A DNA stretch of 63,950 nt, filler included, from Choristocarpus tenellus KU-1152 (Eukaryota > Protista > Phaeophyceae): NCBI GenBank assembly GCA_964200185.2. It is 12 parts of 12 records of this genome, joined end to end, with 100 filler letters (N's around TTAATTAATTAA, not from the genome) between each part and the next. Parts side by side here need not be neighbours in the genome. Positions count along the whole stretch, not along the records: positions 25,673 to 35,934 come from CAXNAD020003031.1; positions 36,035 to 38,612 come from CAXNAD020026606.1; positions 38,713 to 41,730 come from CAXNAD020022907.1; 9 more parts are not named here. The stretch is one strand, 5' to 3'. Numbering within the stretch: the first letter of the stretch is position 1; the number at the start of each line of letters is the position of its first letter. Shown here in pieces: positions 25,846 to 40,550 of the stretch. A program made the position numbers and the translations under genes. The notes under the pieces were generated by a model. It was not told the origin of the DNA. It did no database searches and saw only the letters and a program-made list of their open reading frames with translations.

Positions 25846-28800
25846 CTGACCCAACTCCTCATTGAGCGCCATCGTTCTCACCAGGGCAGGCGTATCTGTA
25901 TTCTCATGGTACATATCCAGGTCCTACACAATCAGTTGGGAAGAGAGAGAGAGAGAGAGAGAGAGTAGATAAGAGGGGAGGGAAATAACAAGAACTTTCC
26001 AAGAAGGCTCCACGTTGTCAAAGTTGTAGAGCTTCTGCAGTCTCCATTCCTTTGACAGTTACTGATTTTTAGGGCAAGGATGGGACACCCAAACTACACA
26101 ATGCACCCACATTTCCCCCCCCCCTTTCCCAGTCTCAACCAGGGGGTGGGTAGTGATGTGGCATTTGTGGGGTCTGTATGAGGTTCGATTTTACACTCTT
26201 ATTTTGAAGGGAGGAGAGATACATACATGCATTTATGCTTTTATATGGTATTCAGCAATTTTTTAACCAACACCTATGGAAGATCATAAAGTTGAGACAA
26301 TGTAGAAAATGTAGACAACACACCAGCAGCAGAAGTAGAGAGTGTATGTGAAAAAACTTCAGTGGGAAAAACTTTGGGTGCACCTCTAAAACCTCATCCC
26401 CCCTCATTTCTCCCCCTCCCCACACACACCCCTACCAAAAAAACTATTTGTTCTCTACGTTCAAGGAACCTTGTGGGTTCATGGATAATATTATAAACAA
26501 AAAAAACTAATCAGGTGCAGAACGTGCTTCAACTTCAACACTGCTCCTGACCTCTCCAGACACACAAGCATGGAAATAATAATTCTTGTAGTAATGATGA
26601 TAAATAGAACATCCTATTATCACTCCCTCCAACCCCCTACCCTACATTTTTTGTTATCATTTCACCTGGTTGATGAAGTAAGATTGAAAAAACTTGACCG
26701 TGCTCATGGAGACGTAAAGCGACACAGGTATGAAGTTTCCCAGAAGTAGGAAGTAGTAGAAGAACATTATTATGAACTCCTGAAAGGGAACAAAACAAAT
26801 CACAACAAAAAAAGCATAGAGCAGCACCATTGAATTTTGATGTAGATGCAGCTTTCAATGCCATCAACACATGATTTACTGCCAAAATCATGGAATAAGT
26901 AGTGATTTGGGAGTGGGAGGGGGAAGGGGGGAGGGGAAGACAGCAAGCAAGAAATAATCAAAATCTGGATTTGCTTTGAGGAAGAATAGTGACATCAGTG
27001 CATGACTCCATGACTACATTGGTATATACACATTCTACATACAGAGCTCCAGAGCTCAGACTGAGCTCCAGAGCCACAGACTGAGTTACAGAGCTGCATA
27101 CTGAGCTACAGAGGTACAGATCAAGCTAAAGACCGAGCTACGTAGCATGCCATTGAGGTGTACACACAATAGAAAATAGCAGAGACTAGCGCATAGCCCC
27201 CAGAATACACCTATAGTGTTTCACACTACTTGCCTCTACACATAGTGACTAATACCACTGCTTCTTTAATGCCCCAGAGAGGACAGGGCAGTGCACACAC
27301 CTTAACATACTCGTCAACCCCATCAAAGTCCCACACCAGGTACTTGTTTTCCTCTGCACGACTCGCATTCCAAAACAGTGAGCCAAACGATGCCACCAAG
27401 CATACCGCACAGAGATATGTCACAATGTGCCTGATCTCGTTGTTGGTCCTTTGCTCCAGGTGCGAGCTCTTCTGGGGAACCTGCCACAATTTCACATGAA
27501 AAAGAAAGTCTAGATATGTATTACAAAAATTTTGATCTTGTTGGGGTGGCAAACAGGGAGGAGGGGGGAAGGGGGTGCAGTGATGACAGGGGAGTGCAAA
27601 ATCCCTCAGATATGAAGGAGTAATGTGGGCTACAACTACTACAACTACTACTGGAAGGTAAAAGGCAACAAGGGCAAGAGTGGGGAAGGGGGGGGCTCTA
27701 CAAGAGCTCTACAAGAGGCTTCAAAATAACCACAACTATCAACACCAGTAAGATACCAAACAAAGCAACAGACACAGTGCCTCAATCCACCAAGAGCCAT
27801 CACATACACTACAGAACAAAACTTAGGGAGTCAAGGCTATTGAGTGGCACACCTCCCAATAAAAAAGACAAAACTCCCACAAAAAGTAAAGGAGAAAAAA
27901 CATTACAATCAAGATTATTGAGTCCTCTTCCAACAGGCTTACCTTTACCCCAACACCAGCTTACAATTCCACCACAGCACAATCCAAATCACTCTAAACT
28001 ACTGTACTAACACCCCATTCGTGTACCTCAGTCATACTCATGATGATCTTCGTGTCGGGCCCTGAGTTGAGTACAAGACCCACCACCCACGGAGAGTTTC
28101 TCAGAACGCACCCCCGCAGGAGCAAGTTCCGAGGGAGAATCGCCTTCCTGCTCAGATGCAAAGTATGAAGGAGGGAAAAAAACAAGGCGCGTTCCTAACC
28201 ATTACTATTGATGTCTAAATTAAGGCGTGGAAGGGTGCAAAATGAGAAGTTCCACACCAAACTTGAATGGAATTATTAATGCAACAACAAAAAAGATCCA
28301 GAACACAACACTGCTTTTTTAAAGCCAAATGCTGCACGTCGCACGTCACATTATTAGTACTACTACTGTTTCCTGGAATGCTGTCTGTGCTCTGCAGGAA
28401 AATTTAATTTTGGAAGAAAGTTTCTCCTCTCGCTGGACCTGGTAAGAAAGTAACCCTCTTCTTCATTCCTCTCTTCCCAAGTGTTGCACCCATGAAGATC
28501 ATACTGATTATAGTAGTTTTAAAACAGTGGTATGTTTCAGTTTTCTTTTGAGGCCCTATCCTTGCAACATGCTACATCAAATTTATTTCTTGTCACAACG
28601 GACCAGACAGGGTGAAAATAAACAAGATGGGTGTGGGTGTGTGTGGGTGTGTGTGGGGGGGGGTAAAACTGACTCTATCCCTAACCTTTAACGAAGCTTT
28701 GCAGAGCTACTATTGTATTGGAAAGGAGGATCATTAAGTCCTAAAAAAAGCAGAACCAGAGTGAAGTAGTACTGTACCATACATTCCAGAATATAATATC

Positions 28801-31800
28801 TTTGATCAATTTCTATTTCATAAATCGATGTAGAATAAACCAACACTCAACACAAGCCCTAAAACAAAAAAGCAAACACAAAATTCCACCACAATACTCC
28901 CAACAAAAAGAGGAAAAAATCAAAAGAAGAGATGAAAGATATTTTCTTAATAAGGCTACAATCAACATACATCTGTCAGAGAAAAAAATACACACAACTC
29001 GCGCTCAAGTCCATACGAATGCACACCAAAAATCAGAGGATGGGCAGGGGGGGAGGGGGGGAATTCTGTGAGCTACCTGTTGGCCTTGTTTCCTGGTCCC
29101 ATCTTCTCCACCTCAATTGTCCCAGTGAAGCTGTCAATAAGCTTGTTGGGATGTTCCATTACTATCTTGCCCTTGAGTCTCAGCAAGTCTTCAGGTGATG
29201 AAAGACGACCATTTGTACAATTCACAGCCTTCACCGTGGGAACAGCACAGAAAAATTTGAAGTAAAACATTTTAATGGCATGGTGTGCATGTGTATACAA
29301 TGATGGGGTGGGAAAGAGATTGGGGGGTAAGAATGGGTATATATCCTGCAATTCTTGACTGAATGTGCAGTGTCAGAGGCATGCAACATCCTGCCTGACT
29401 CTGCAAGGCTGCTTGGTGTCCCCCACAAAAACTGTCATGCCAATATCAGGTATACCCTGACTTGACCCTATTCTCGTAACAGATGGTGTACACATTGTGA
29501 ACACCTTAACCGCTGAACCTTTCCCACAAGTATGCATTCCCTGAGATGTACACACTCAGAATTTCAAAGACCTATCAGATCATCACAACCTGCTTGTGGA
29601 TGGGATTGACTCTTGGGGGAAAGGTTGAAATAATTTTGTCAAAAAGGGGCTTTACACAACTCACCCTCCATAACAACAGGCCTTACGCAGGGAATATATG
29701 GAAACCATGCCTACCACCCCTAACCCTATTCCCATAAGGGGATACCTACACGGTGCCTAGAACTCTCTGTAGCTCTACAAATCACAGCACAGTGCTGTAC
29801 TGCTACAAACCTTAACCCAGTAGATACATTCCCTACTTGAAGTCCCTTGTGACCAAGGCAAAACTGAGCCATCCCTAAGGAAAAGTAATTCCACCACACT
29901 GCATCCAGTCAATATGTAGCAATGTGGCAAGTTTTGGAGTGCAACACCAAGAATATATTGTCTGCAGTATATCTCCCACACACACACAAACATACGCCCA
30001 AGTCACTAGAAGGAACTTGAAGACATAATGTAGGAACTTCCTGCATAAGGCCCCTTACCCATAGATAACACTACAACACAAAGTTGTTCAAAAATATCTT
30101 TCCTAGAGCACATCTCCATGGTCAGCTTCAGACGCACACACAAGCATACACACACATACACATACAAACAAAAATAAATAGGCAATCATTGCACTAAATT
30201 CTCCTTTAAGGACTACCGATCCAAACGGCAGTTATTCAAGTCGCACTTGTGCAATCTGAGAGATAAATAACTTTTTTCACCAAAAAGAAAAATAATCATG
30301 AACATAATACTAATACTAACACTTGAGTGTGTGTGGGGACATCAGTAAGGAGTTTTCTAGAAAACATGAACAAAATGTGAAACAACACTTATTGGCCTTC
30401 CTGAAAGCGTCTGCACTTCATCTGCTACTATATTGATGAATAATGTAAATAATATATCTGATACAACAAAGGGAACATGCAAGGTGTCATAAACACCAGC
30501 CCTCACAGTGAGAAATGTAGGACAGGTCAACTGTGCACACTCAAGTATTTCCAATTACAGCCGTTCTCTCACAAAAACTACCAGCCCTCCCCTTCCTCCA
30601 GCCTCCAAGAATACTCTTCACAATTCCGACATCCAACTGAACTTTCAAATTCATAGGGTTAGGGATGTGATCACAATTAGGGTACATGTACCTCTTCTTA
30701 TCCCTCTTCTCACCTGTCGGATCTTAAGGTTGGTCTCCCCATCCAGCGACTTGGACTCAACATAGCATATGCCAGCACGAGAATCTGGATTAGGCTCATG
30801 AACACCCATCACCTGTGGAGCCATTTTTCACAGATATGGTACACGCCTAATCACATACAAAAAACTCCGTTAACAGGCATACACACATGCATTGTGTTTT
30901 TTTTCATTTTACACACACACACACACACACACACCTACTCCATCCACCCCCCTAATCTTCCCAGATATTCCTTTCTCTCCATCACTTGATTTGCCATCCT
31001 CACCAGCAGATCTGCAGGTATAGGCTCCCTGTTCTTCACCAGGACAAAATCTCCCACCCTGACACTGCTCCACTCCACACGCCTGAATCGCACTGTCTCC
31101 CGGTCCAGCACCCGTGTTGGGCTGGAGTTCGCCTTTCCATCTGCCTTGTGCCGTGCTACATCCTGCAGTAGGGCATAGACCACTAGACAGTTGGTTTTGA
31201 GGACTTCAGAGACTGGGGGAGGGGGAAGAGGAGGATTAAAGAGGAGGGAGAATTGGTGCAAAAAAATGTCACAACAAAAACCATTCCTGTACTTCCTATC
31301 TGTGTCCAGGTTCAGAAACTGCAGGACACATTTCATTCTTTACATACCATCCTCACATCAGCTGTGAACAAGCCTGAAACAAAAGGCCAAAAATCAAATC
31401 ATCCTCAAAAAAACTGGAAGCATTCCTTCCAAACAAAAGTCTTTGTGGAGGTGCTTGGCCACAACATTCAACAGACAACAGGAGTCTGCAAAACAATTTG
31501 GAGCGGTAGGGTTGTTCCAACCCCCTTATTCAACCCGATTCTCCTCCTGACTCTGATCATCCAAGAGATCCTCACTCCCCAGAAATCGCAACATTCCAAA
31601 ACTATATCATATTCAAAAAATTTAGAAAGTCATTTTCTTTCGTCAACCAAATGTAGAGTTGGATGGGCCAAAGCAAGAAATGCGACTCAAATCTATTTCT
31701 TCTTGCTGATCATCCCTGGCAACTCTAACCCCAAATCCTTCTTTGTCCCTCGCCCCCCTCTCATGCCGACCATCTATCTTGTCCCTTGCCTCCAAGATCG

Positions 31801-33533
31801 CAAAGACTCCATCAACAATAACAACAATGCTGAGTGGCAGCAGAATTGTAGGGACCCCAAATGTGTTACTGATGCTGGGGACAGTCTGCAGGGCCGCCAA
31901 CACCAGGAAGTATACGTTGGCCACCTTCTTGCGAGGATTGAACTCCTCCATCAGAAACTTGGGAAGGAAGTCCAGCACAGTGTACTGAATCGATTGTTTT
32001 ATCAAATGTTAGGCAGGTGAGGATGCAAGGGAAAAGTGGAAGGTGTGGGGGAAATTGAATCTTGATGCGGAGTGAACGCCTTTTGGTCTACAGTAGTAAG
32101 TTTGTGTAGAGGGAGACTTACACAGAATAGTGGACCCTGTCTCTCGTTGTGAGAGTACATTCCTCCAGTCAAACGATACAGCATTTACATCAATTCCCTA
32201 ATTGGTGCGTATGCTTTGTTCAACTCAGTATGTAATTGCAAGCTAATGATGGAGAGTTGTGTGCATTATTTGGAGATACAAGGTACATGCATGCGAGCAT
32301 GCATAGAGTATAGTATTATCAACAGTAAGGATACTGAAACAAATTCCTGGAGGTAGCCTTCGGGAATTAGGATTCATCAATTAAAGTTTGTTATATTCTA
32401 ATTTATGTCTGTGCCCGTGGGTATGGACGCATTGCGACCACAACAGGATTGTCAAAGGTACCTCGCAGAGTTTACCCTGCTATGACCATACCCATTACGC
32501 AAAATATAGGCTCACAAAAGCGACACCCTCCCCCTAAACCCCCTACGAATACTAAATACTTCCAGGCCCTAGTATCCTTGACACTTCGAAATAGACGAAG
32601 TCCGAGATAGTTCATTCACTTCAAGGGGAAAACTATCACCTTGCTGGTCCTCACAAAATTGCTGCAAAACCAGCTTTCCTGCTCCCCTTCATCGATGAGA
32701 ATCACTCGATTAGGTCGTTCTTGCAGATCCCCCTCCTGCGAGTTGTCAGGCCATCCACGCGGATTGCTAGGAGGTTTTCCCGATCTGTTCGGGTCTCCAC
32801 GCTTTTCCCTGCGATGCATCCTTTTCCCCCAGTCATTCGTAGGGGCACCCTCCTGGTCTCCATCACCCCTTCTTGGAGTAACAAAGGCTCCAATGTCGTT
32901 CCAACCGTACTTCGATATTCATTTACGTAATAAATAGGGGAATAACCGAAAGAGCGAGGACCCCTTTCCATGAGTTTTTTTAACTTGACTGCAAGGTTCA
33001 TATTGATATTATGAAGGACACAAACCCTCTTCGCAAAAATGTTAAAAGGAGAAATTATAGTTGAGGTGAGGACGAGGCACAAAATGGATCAAATTTCCGC
33101 ATCACAATAATTCAGGTTGGAGTCGTTGAAACTCCACTTGAAAGGCATAGAGCACCAGTATCGCCCTGTCGGCTAGGTGAGTAACTCCCAGTTTGCTTTC
33201 ACCCAGACTCTAGACCTCGAATAGAATTGTTCCATCAGTAGCATAGCTGAGTTAACCAAATGTGGAGTGGCAGCCAATTCATGCACTTACTCGTTACCGT
33301 ACAAAATGGTTGCATCACTTTGACAAGGACAACAAGAGCTGTTCGTCTCTCACAACAAGTCCAGCAAAACACACGAAGATCCGCACCTTCGAGCCCATAT
33401 CTATAGGATCGCTTAAAATTTCCTTCGTAGATGATCTCGGCTCCTGATCGTTCTCTAGATCCGCTGCAACTGGACTGGTTTCTCCAGTCCTCATTAGGTC
33501 TCCTGCACCTTCACTTTGTCTAAGTAAGTTCAT
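25846..33533 (-). CDS. P4-type ATPase (phospholipid flippase, ALA/DRS2/ATP8 family), 5' part; exons 33533-33387 (tentative), 32909-32640, 31984-31790, 31162-31004, 30812-30714, 29228-29077, 28147-28027, 27480-27301, 26779-26666, 25923-25846
   Basis: SNFVRTSK|YTVLDFLPKFLMEEF, IPADLL, SLDGETNLKIRQ|A, LLLRGCVLRN, FIPVSLYVS, ALNEELGQ; the DKTGT exon falls beyond the contig end. Confidence 0.96.
27040..27141. repeat. Degenerate GAGCT(A/C)CA tandem repeat, intronic
   Basis: Seen directly. Confidence 0.7.
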
Positions 33534-33592
33534 TTAACCTCTAGATGTGAGAGATAATTGGTCAGGCCCTCCAATATCCAATAAGGGCATAG

Positions 33593-34390
33593 GTTTCTAG
33601 GCCTATCGAAGTCATCCAGCACACAGCAAATCACCCTACTTTCACCCACCCAAACGATCCCCTTCAATTGAAAATTGATAAGGATTGAGGTTCATCTTGA
33701 AATTTGTACGTGGAAATGGTGCAAAAGTGCGCGCGGGGAGTTTCTTGTGGGGAAAAGGAGTAAACATAGGACCTTGAACTACTTACACGTACATCAAAAT
33801 AGGGCTACCTTGATCGCATAACATTCCTGAAAATCGACATTTACGTCACGTATGTGTAGTTTTGACGAATATTGGAGTAAGATTGAATACACATACTATG
33901 TAATATGTAGTTCGAAATACCTAGTAACATTACATCCTAAAATTTATATTTAAAGTCATCTTCCAACTAAGGTATACCTTTAAGGTGACCTATATTGAAG
34001 ATTTGTTGTTTTCATATATACTTCGAAATATTATATTTAGAAAGTTTCTACCCTATCGAAGTCATCCAGCACACAGCAAATGACTCTCCTTATACCCACC
34101 CAAACAAACCCTTGAATTGAAAAAGGGTAAGGATTTGGGGTTCATCTTGAATTTTGTACGGGGGAATGGCGTAGAAGCGCGTGTGGAGTTCCTTTTCGGG
34201 ATTCAAAGAGAAAAAGTAGGACCCGTCAACCAGTTGCACATACATACATGAAAATAAACGTAACTTAGTCGCACAACTTTCCTGAAAATCAGTATGTACT
34301 TCACGACATGTATAGTATTGGCGTATATTGGAGTAGGATTAAATACGCAAGACTACATACTATGTAGTATATACTTGGAAATACCTAGTA
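33593..34390. repeat. Diverged ~335-bp direct duplication (33593-33926; 34044-34390)
   Basis: CCTATCGAAGTCATCCAGCACACAGCAAAT...AAATACCTAGTA occurs twice. Confidence 0.9.
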
Positions 34391-34614
34391 TACAACAGTA
34401 TCTCTTAACAGAATGTTCCCTATGAAACAATGTTCACGCTACTATACCTCCCACTTAGACCCATGAAGGTGGGCAAGGATCTAGGGAAGAATGAAAAGAA
34501 TCTGCAAAGCCCCTTGGTGCCCACCAGGCCAGTGTCTCCTTCTTGAGGCACATAACCCGCCTCAAAAGAGCTACCTGTGACACGGATACTATCTGTCCCA
34601 AATTAGTCTCGACA

Positions 34615-34855
34615 GAGTCAAAGTAAACGAGAGGTACCTACGGTTGTATTTTAAGGATGTCGGCAAAAAAATCAGCATTTTTTACAAATGGTTACAGGAT
34701 ATTTTCCGCGTTGTGTCGAAAAATAGAAAAATCAACGCTCTCCAACCAAACTTTGCACGTCATCGATAGAAGTATGGGTGGACCCCACAAGATTGAAAAA
34801 CTGGCTTGTAATGAAAAACGGTCAAAAACTGGGTATCTCTCGTTTACTTTGCCTC
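34615..34855. mobile_element. MITE family B, complete, 24-bp TIR, apparent 3-bp TSD ACA
   Basis: GAGTCAAAGTAAACGAGAGGTACC / GGTATCTCTCGTTTACTTTGCCTC, flanked by ACA/ACA. Confidence 0.88.
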
Positions 34856-35864
34856 ACAGCCCCTTTCCCTTGTAATCTATAGCCCCTCTCCCTCTTACCA
34901 CATGATCATCGAGGAAGATCTCTGTTTGCATATTGACCGCCCAAAACTCCATTGCAAAGGTGGTGAGACTAATATTCTGAGGATCAAAGATCCTGTTACA
35001 GCACGCTCCAGAAGGTTACCTCCACAGGAAATATAGCTCCAATCCACAGACCTATAAACGATGCTAATGTTCGTACAAGCCTCCTAGGATACTCCAACAC
35101 TCAAGGGAGTTCAACATACGTCTGGTTAGCTGAGCAGGGGTGCTTCTCTCCATTGATAACCACTGCTTGATGTCAGTCATTATTTTGTTTATCGATTCTA
35201 AGAAGTGAGTCACGTGGTTGATGAGACACTCTTTTTTCAACATCGTCCACCGTTTTCTATAATCTAGAAGTTAAAAGACATCTGCAAACTGTTGTATACA
35301 TACTCAAATTACAAATCATATTCTGCAACTTCTGGCAAATTGGCGTTGCTTTCTGTATGGTTCCCTACGCGTTACAAATCTTACTTTACATCATCTAGCA
35401 AATCGGAGTTCTCTTTGTAAGAACCCCTACGTGTGTATACTGCTCCCACTTGTTTGATCGCGGGAAGAAATACTCGTGCTATTCGCCTGAAATAAACCCT
35501 CATAGTGGATGCCCTTTTGCTGCTCGGCTGCAACAACAGCATAACTATTCCTGGTAGATAAGTTAGTCAGATGGCAAGCTGACGGGACCTCTGCAAAGCG
35601 ACATCCAGAAGTAGGCCTTTAACAGCCGATCACCAAAATTGAGGATGGAGCATACCATGGAGGATGAGTTTGACCCAAAATGGTGTGCGGAAAGTGCCCA
35701 TATGTTTTTTTTGTAAATGTTGCAGCACTTTTGAAGAGCCCCGCTACGAATGGGAATCCATCCCAAAGGTGGTAGTAGGAGAGTGTGTGGGGGGCAGCAA
35801 TGATTTCGTTTGATCGTTGTGTACATGTATGCCCTGCATTGGCTTGCTTGCTTGAATAATTAGT

Positions 35865-35934
35865 GACCCAAAGTATCTGGGAGGGGGGGGGGGGCTACAC
35901 CAGGGGGGCCATTTGGGCCATAACCAGGAAAATT
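35865..35934. mobile_element. MITE family C-type terminus
   Basis: GACCCAAAGTATCTGGG-polyG; inverse of 6694-6767. Confidence 0.7.
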
Positions 35935-38712
35935 NNNNNNNNNNNNNNNNNNNNNNNNNNNNNNNNNNNNNNNNNNNNTTAATTAATTAANNNNNNNNNN
36001 NNNNNNNNNNNNNNNNNNNNNNNNNNNNNNNNNNGGCCATCCCAGTTTCCTTCCCCCATTTTTTTGTCCCTACGTTTTTTTTTTCACGTGTGCGCAGCAG
36101 GGCCAGGGGGGAGGGGGAGGGATGGAAGGAGGGGAAACAGATGAGCAAGGGATGGGAAAGGCGTGAGGATCCGTTTGGGGTAGGGTGTGTGGGTGGGTGG
36201 AAACGACAAAAAAATATATCAAATTTTATACGTCGAGCAATTACTTTTTCTCAAAGGTTTTATCAAAATATTATCAAGAGTCATTTGAACATTCCAAGAC
36301 CGTTCTACACACACATGCACGGCACTCTTCTGTTTTCATCATTTCCATTCATGGGACACCATGCTTGTTGTTCTTAAAAGAAAAAGAAGAGAAAGAGAGG
36401 TGGGGGGGGGGGGGGGGGGAGGGAAAGAGAGAGCTCTCCTTTCCCTATCTCTCACCCTGGCATAGAAGTGAGCTTTGTCTTTCCAACGCAACCTCCCCTG
36501 TCTCAGAAGCTGCCCCATCTCAACCAACGAGCCCTCCCGGTCGACTGAGTCCATTCCTGAAAAGCGTGGGATATTCAAAGCAGTCTGTCAAGGTAAGGGT
36601 CAGGGGTGTCATTTGGCGAGGCGTAAATATGTGTGTGTGTGTGTCTGTATAGCCCAGAAAAACTTGAGATCGAAGATCTGTGTGTGATGTATTTGTCTGC
36701 AGCGGGGGGGAAATGTGTTGTACCATGTCTTGGCGATTGTTCACCTCCTTCCCGGATGTATGACTTCAAATCAGCAAAAAAAAATGAAGAACGAGGTCCG
36801 CCTTAGCATTGGGGGCAGGCAAACTGACTCAACAGACTTACATTATTTTTCTCTCTCTTGCAGGGTCACAGAGGTAGACACGCTAGCAGAAAGGAGTAAA
36901 GGAGATGAGGGATACAACAGAAGTGGCTTCAACTAAAACTTCTTCGCAGCAGCAGTGGGAATAACAGGTTGAGATATCACAAAATTTCCTTTATCTGGCT
37001 TTGTTCCGTAGTACAAAAGATAACCACGGCATGGAAGCAATTGCGTGAATGGCATCGATCCCACCCAGCAACGAGTGTACCCTGTTGAAGATTGTGACAC
37101 ATACGATACCATTGAAAAGAAGTTGTGTCCATGGACTTTGAGTCCGACCGTAGCTTGCAGGAGATATAACGTGGAGCTAGGAAGATAGTCCGAGAAGAAG
37201 AAATTGAAACGTCATTGCTCCTGCTAACTGTTGACACGTGAATGCACTTGAGGACGGCGATTCTTGGCAACAATAGCGAATCACGAAAAATTCAAAATGT
37301 GGCCGAGTAGCGATGCACTGGTAATCTTGTATACCACCGGTTAGCAACCATTAACCTAGCACAACAAAATTATTCACTGCCACACATAGACTGTATCCCC
37401 AAGCCTCCCCTCTCCTCTTGAAGCATGTCTGGACCCTTACCAGCGTTGGAAAAGAAAGTTCGGGTCCACACCATGGTACCTGCCCCAAGAATGGTCAAGA
37501 TAGACTCTTTCAGTACTCCCCTTCCCCCAACAACGTGCAAGTCCAGGAAGACCCATAAGCCCTGTAGATTGGTGTGTAGCCATAAGTGAGTGCGCATTCG
37601 TGAAGTTGCTTGAGATGGATCACCCTACAAAATGCCGAGAAGCAATTCCGCCGGCATTGCATCCTCCGACGGAGTGAGACTTGTAAAGAGGCAGGACGGG
37701 TAATGTTCTGGAGAAAATAATTATCTCTCAATATATCACCTTCAAAGGTAAAGGACGAATGTCCAAATGGAGATGAACCGAGTTCATCAGTAAGAGGGCA
37801 ACCAGACTTCTATCAAAACTTCTGCGATCAAAAACGCTTTATCAACAAAATCTGTCGAATAAATGAACAGAAGGAATAGTGATCGAAGCTCATGGGTAGG
37901 TGGATGGATGGGTTGTCCTTGGTCTTGCATATTGGGCTCACCGTCCACAGCACCACCACTGCAGGCAAAGAGAGTGCCCCACGGATGAAGTTCACAACAG
38001 TTGAGGACGGGCGCTTCATGGCTGCGCACAATCTTTCCCACAGCCACACCCTGTCCCGAAGCAAATTGAAAATACTTACACACTAACCTACAGTAGGTCA
38101 CCTTGTCCTTATCTGTATAATATATTGTGAGGGTTTGTGAAATTTACAATCTACTCTTTTCCGCATCTTAGCTGATGTTAGTCGTAAGATATAGGTTGGA
38201 CGTTCACCATTTCTTCCCTTGATTTATTTCCCTATTATTATATTTCATCTTATTGTTTCGACTTTGATTTTGTATATTTCCTTCTAGTATTATGAAATTT
38301 CCCTTCTTTTTCTACGATCAACTTGAAAATAGAGATTATGTCAGGGACAGGTTCCTTTTTTGGATCGCCGACACACACTGTATGTATAAGACGCGCGGTC
38401 AGATACAATTGCGCGCGCCAAACACGTCTTTTGAGCTCATCCATATCGACTGGTCCAAGTAACCGGCCTTTCCATGAGATCCAAACAGCCAGAATGAATC
38501 CTCAGAACGAAGAACCACTCCGATTCTGACAAATTCATTCCTTTGCTGTGACATTGCTCAGTCATTCGGGAAACAAACGTCAAGTAAAGAAAAAGGTGTA
38601 CTGTACTGGATGNNNNNNNNNNNNNNNNNNNNNNNNNNNNNNNNNNNNNNNNNNNNTTAATTAATTAANNNNNNNNNNNNNNNNNNNNNNNNNNNNNNNN
38701 NNNNNNNNNNNN

Positions 38713-38789
38713 TCCAGCAAAAAAAAACGTTGTTTGACCGAAACGGACGCCCCCTCACAAACCACCCCCCCCCCAAGATACTTTGACCC
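38713..38789. mobile_element. MITE family C right end
   Basis: Close match to ~20-100. Confidence 0.75.
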
Positions 38790-39099
38790 ATGCATGAGAG
38801 CAGATATATTTGGTTTTGTGAGGTCTTTTGGAATACAACTCTTGGACAAGCCGTGGGACTTACATCACTGCAGGGACTATGTTGTTGGAACAGGTAGAGG
38901 TAAGATTTTGCGGAATGGTTTTCCAGAGTGGATGTATTCTTCCGGTGATATGCACTCCAATATGCTGTGTTTTTAATGATGCTACTTGAGTGGTGTCATT
39001 CTTTGTATCTATCGTTCCATAGCAATCAACATCTAAGACATTATGTTGTATACTCTAGTATGTCGCAACCCTGATACTAAAATCTATCCCTGATATCTA

Positions 39100-40550
39100 C
39101 CCATCAAGGAAAAACATGTATATCATATCACAGTGGAGTGTGTATTGTAAGTGCGACTTCTATCCAAGTCCGTTGATTGCCATCTCTCTCCCTTAGTTCA
39201 TGGAAAAGCTACAGCAACATGAGCGGACGTTAGTCCACGCTGACTTGATCAGGAGATCTGGTGTGCATTTGCCGAGCGTGACTTTACCTGTCCCTCTACA
39301 CATGGATGAGGACTCTGTGAGATGTTCTGTGATATTCCGTCTGTTGCTTGTTGCAGGCGTACAAACCCCTTTTGTAACACCTAGGATCCAAGTGGTTAGG
39401 GTTGGGATTAGGGATTCTCTATACAATCAAATACTCCAGAGTGTTGACAAAGAATATAGTTCCCACAGATGACCCATGCAATTCCTTTCATCGTGCCAGG
39501 ATTCTAGACCTGTCCCGATGCTAGCCTTGAAGCCTTAAGTGTACCAACGCCAAGGTAGAGGGGATATATATTTTTTGCGCGGACAGACCTTGACATAGAT
39601 ACTTGAATACTTAGGTTTTGTCAACAACTTCGTGTATCTCAGCTGTTTTTGATCCGAACCAATTATGTTTTTTCCTATCCATGTTCTTTTCAATAGTGCA
39701 ACTTTTCCAGTCACAATCAGCAACTCAATCCAGGACCATCACCGCCATACCATGAAGTTGAAAACGTGCATTTTGTCTCACACTTTAGGAACGAGTAAAA
39801 CGACTACACAGAGGCAACTAAGCTTGGAAAAGTAAAGGCTAGTGACCAAGCTACCTTCTTGCAGGAGATCAAGTTTACCATTTCTGTGGCACACATTCGT
39901 AACAGCACAAGCCTGGTTGACTCTCAGGATGATGTCATCTATTCCCAAGGGGGGGCTCGATTGATCTTTTCCTCTCGCCACTTGGTGGATCTTTGGGCTC
40001 TGTTCCAGCTTCTGGGAATTTATATTCATACCTATATCTATGTTGTGTGTGCTGGCGGGTGGCAGTAAACAATATGGTGAAGGTGAAAACAGCAGACCCT
40101 TGGAGAGTATTGACCCTTCCGATTTGCTCAATTTGTTGTTGGTACTTGTACTTTGTTACACTGAAGGTCCAGAGTATCCAGAGGTGCAGTCTACCTTTGC
40201 TTCGTGCTATTGATTATCTGCATATTGTCAATGTGATCTGTTCTAGTCGGTTCCAACTCTGGTGTAAATATAGATAATATATGTCGCTTTGAGAGTATTG
40301 CCTGCCTCCTATACATTGTTGTATTTGTGCGAATACATTTCTCTGTAGACTAATATATATCCTCAGAGTACATCTAATACAAGTGTATATGTACTCAATA
40401 TGTGTGTTGTCGTGTGATATGTGCCTTGTTGCAGCATCTTGTTTTCCATCAAGTAATGGTGTTCCACCTCTCTGTAAACTTGTCAGGTGTGAGCTTCTAT
40501 GGGGTCGGCTGAACATCAAGCCGTGTTACTCAAAGAGGACTGATTACAGG
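39100..40550 (-). mobile_element. Highly degenerate non-LTR (LINE) reverse transcriptase remnant
   Basis: Broken frames retain TLQGS-like (~40100), DDIIL (~39930) and YLG-like (~39550) motifs in RT order. Confidence 0.4.

Noticed and set aside
31253-32020. 255-aa plus-strand ORF
   Set aside because: Antisense shadow of a flippase exon and intron
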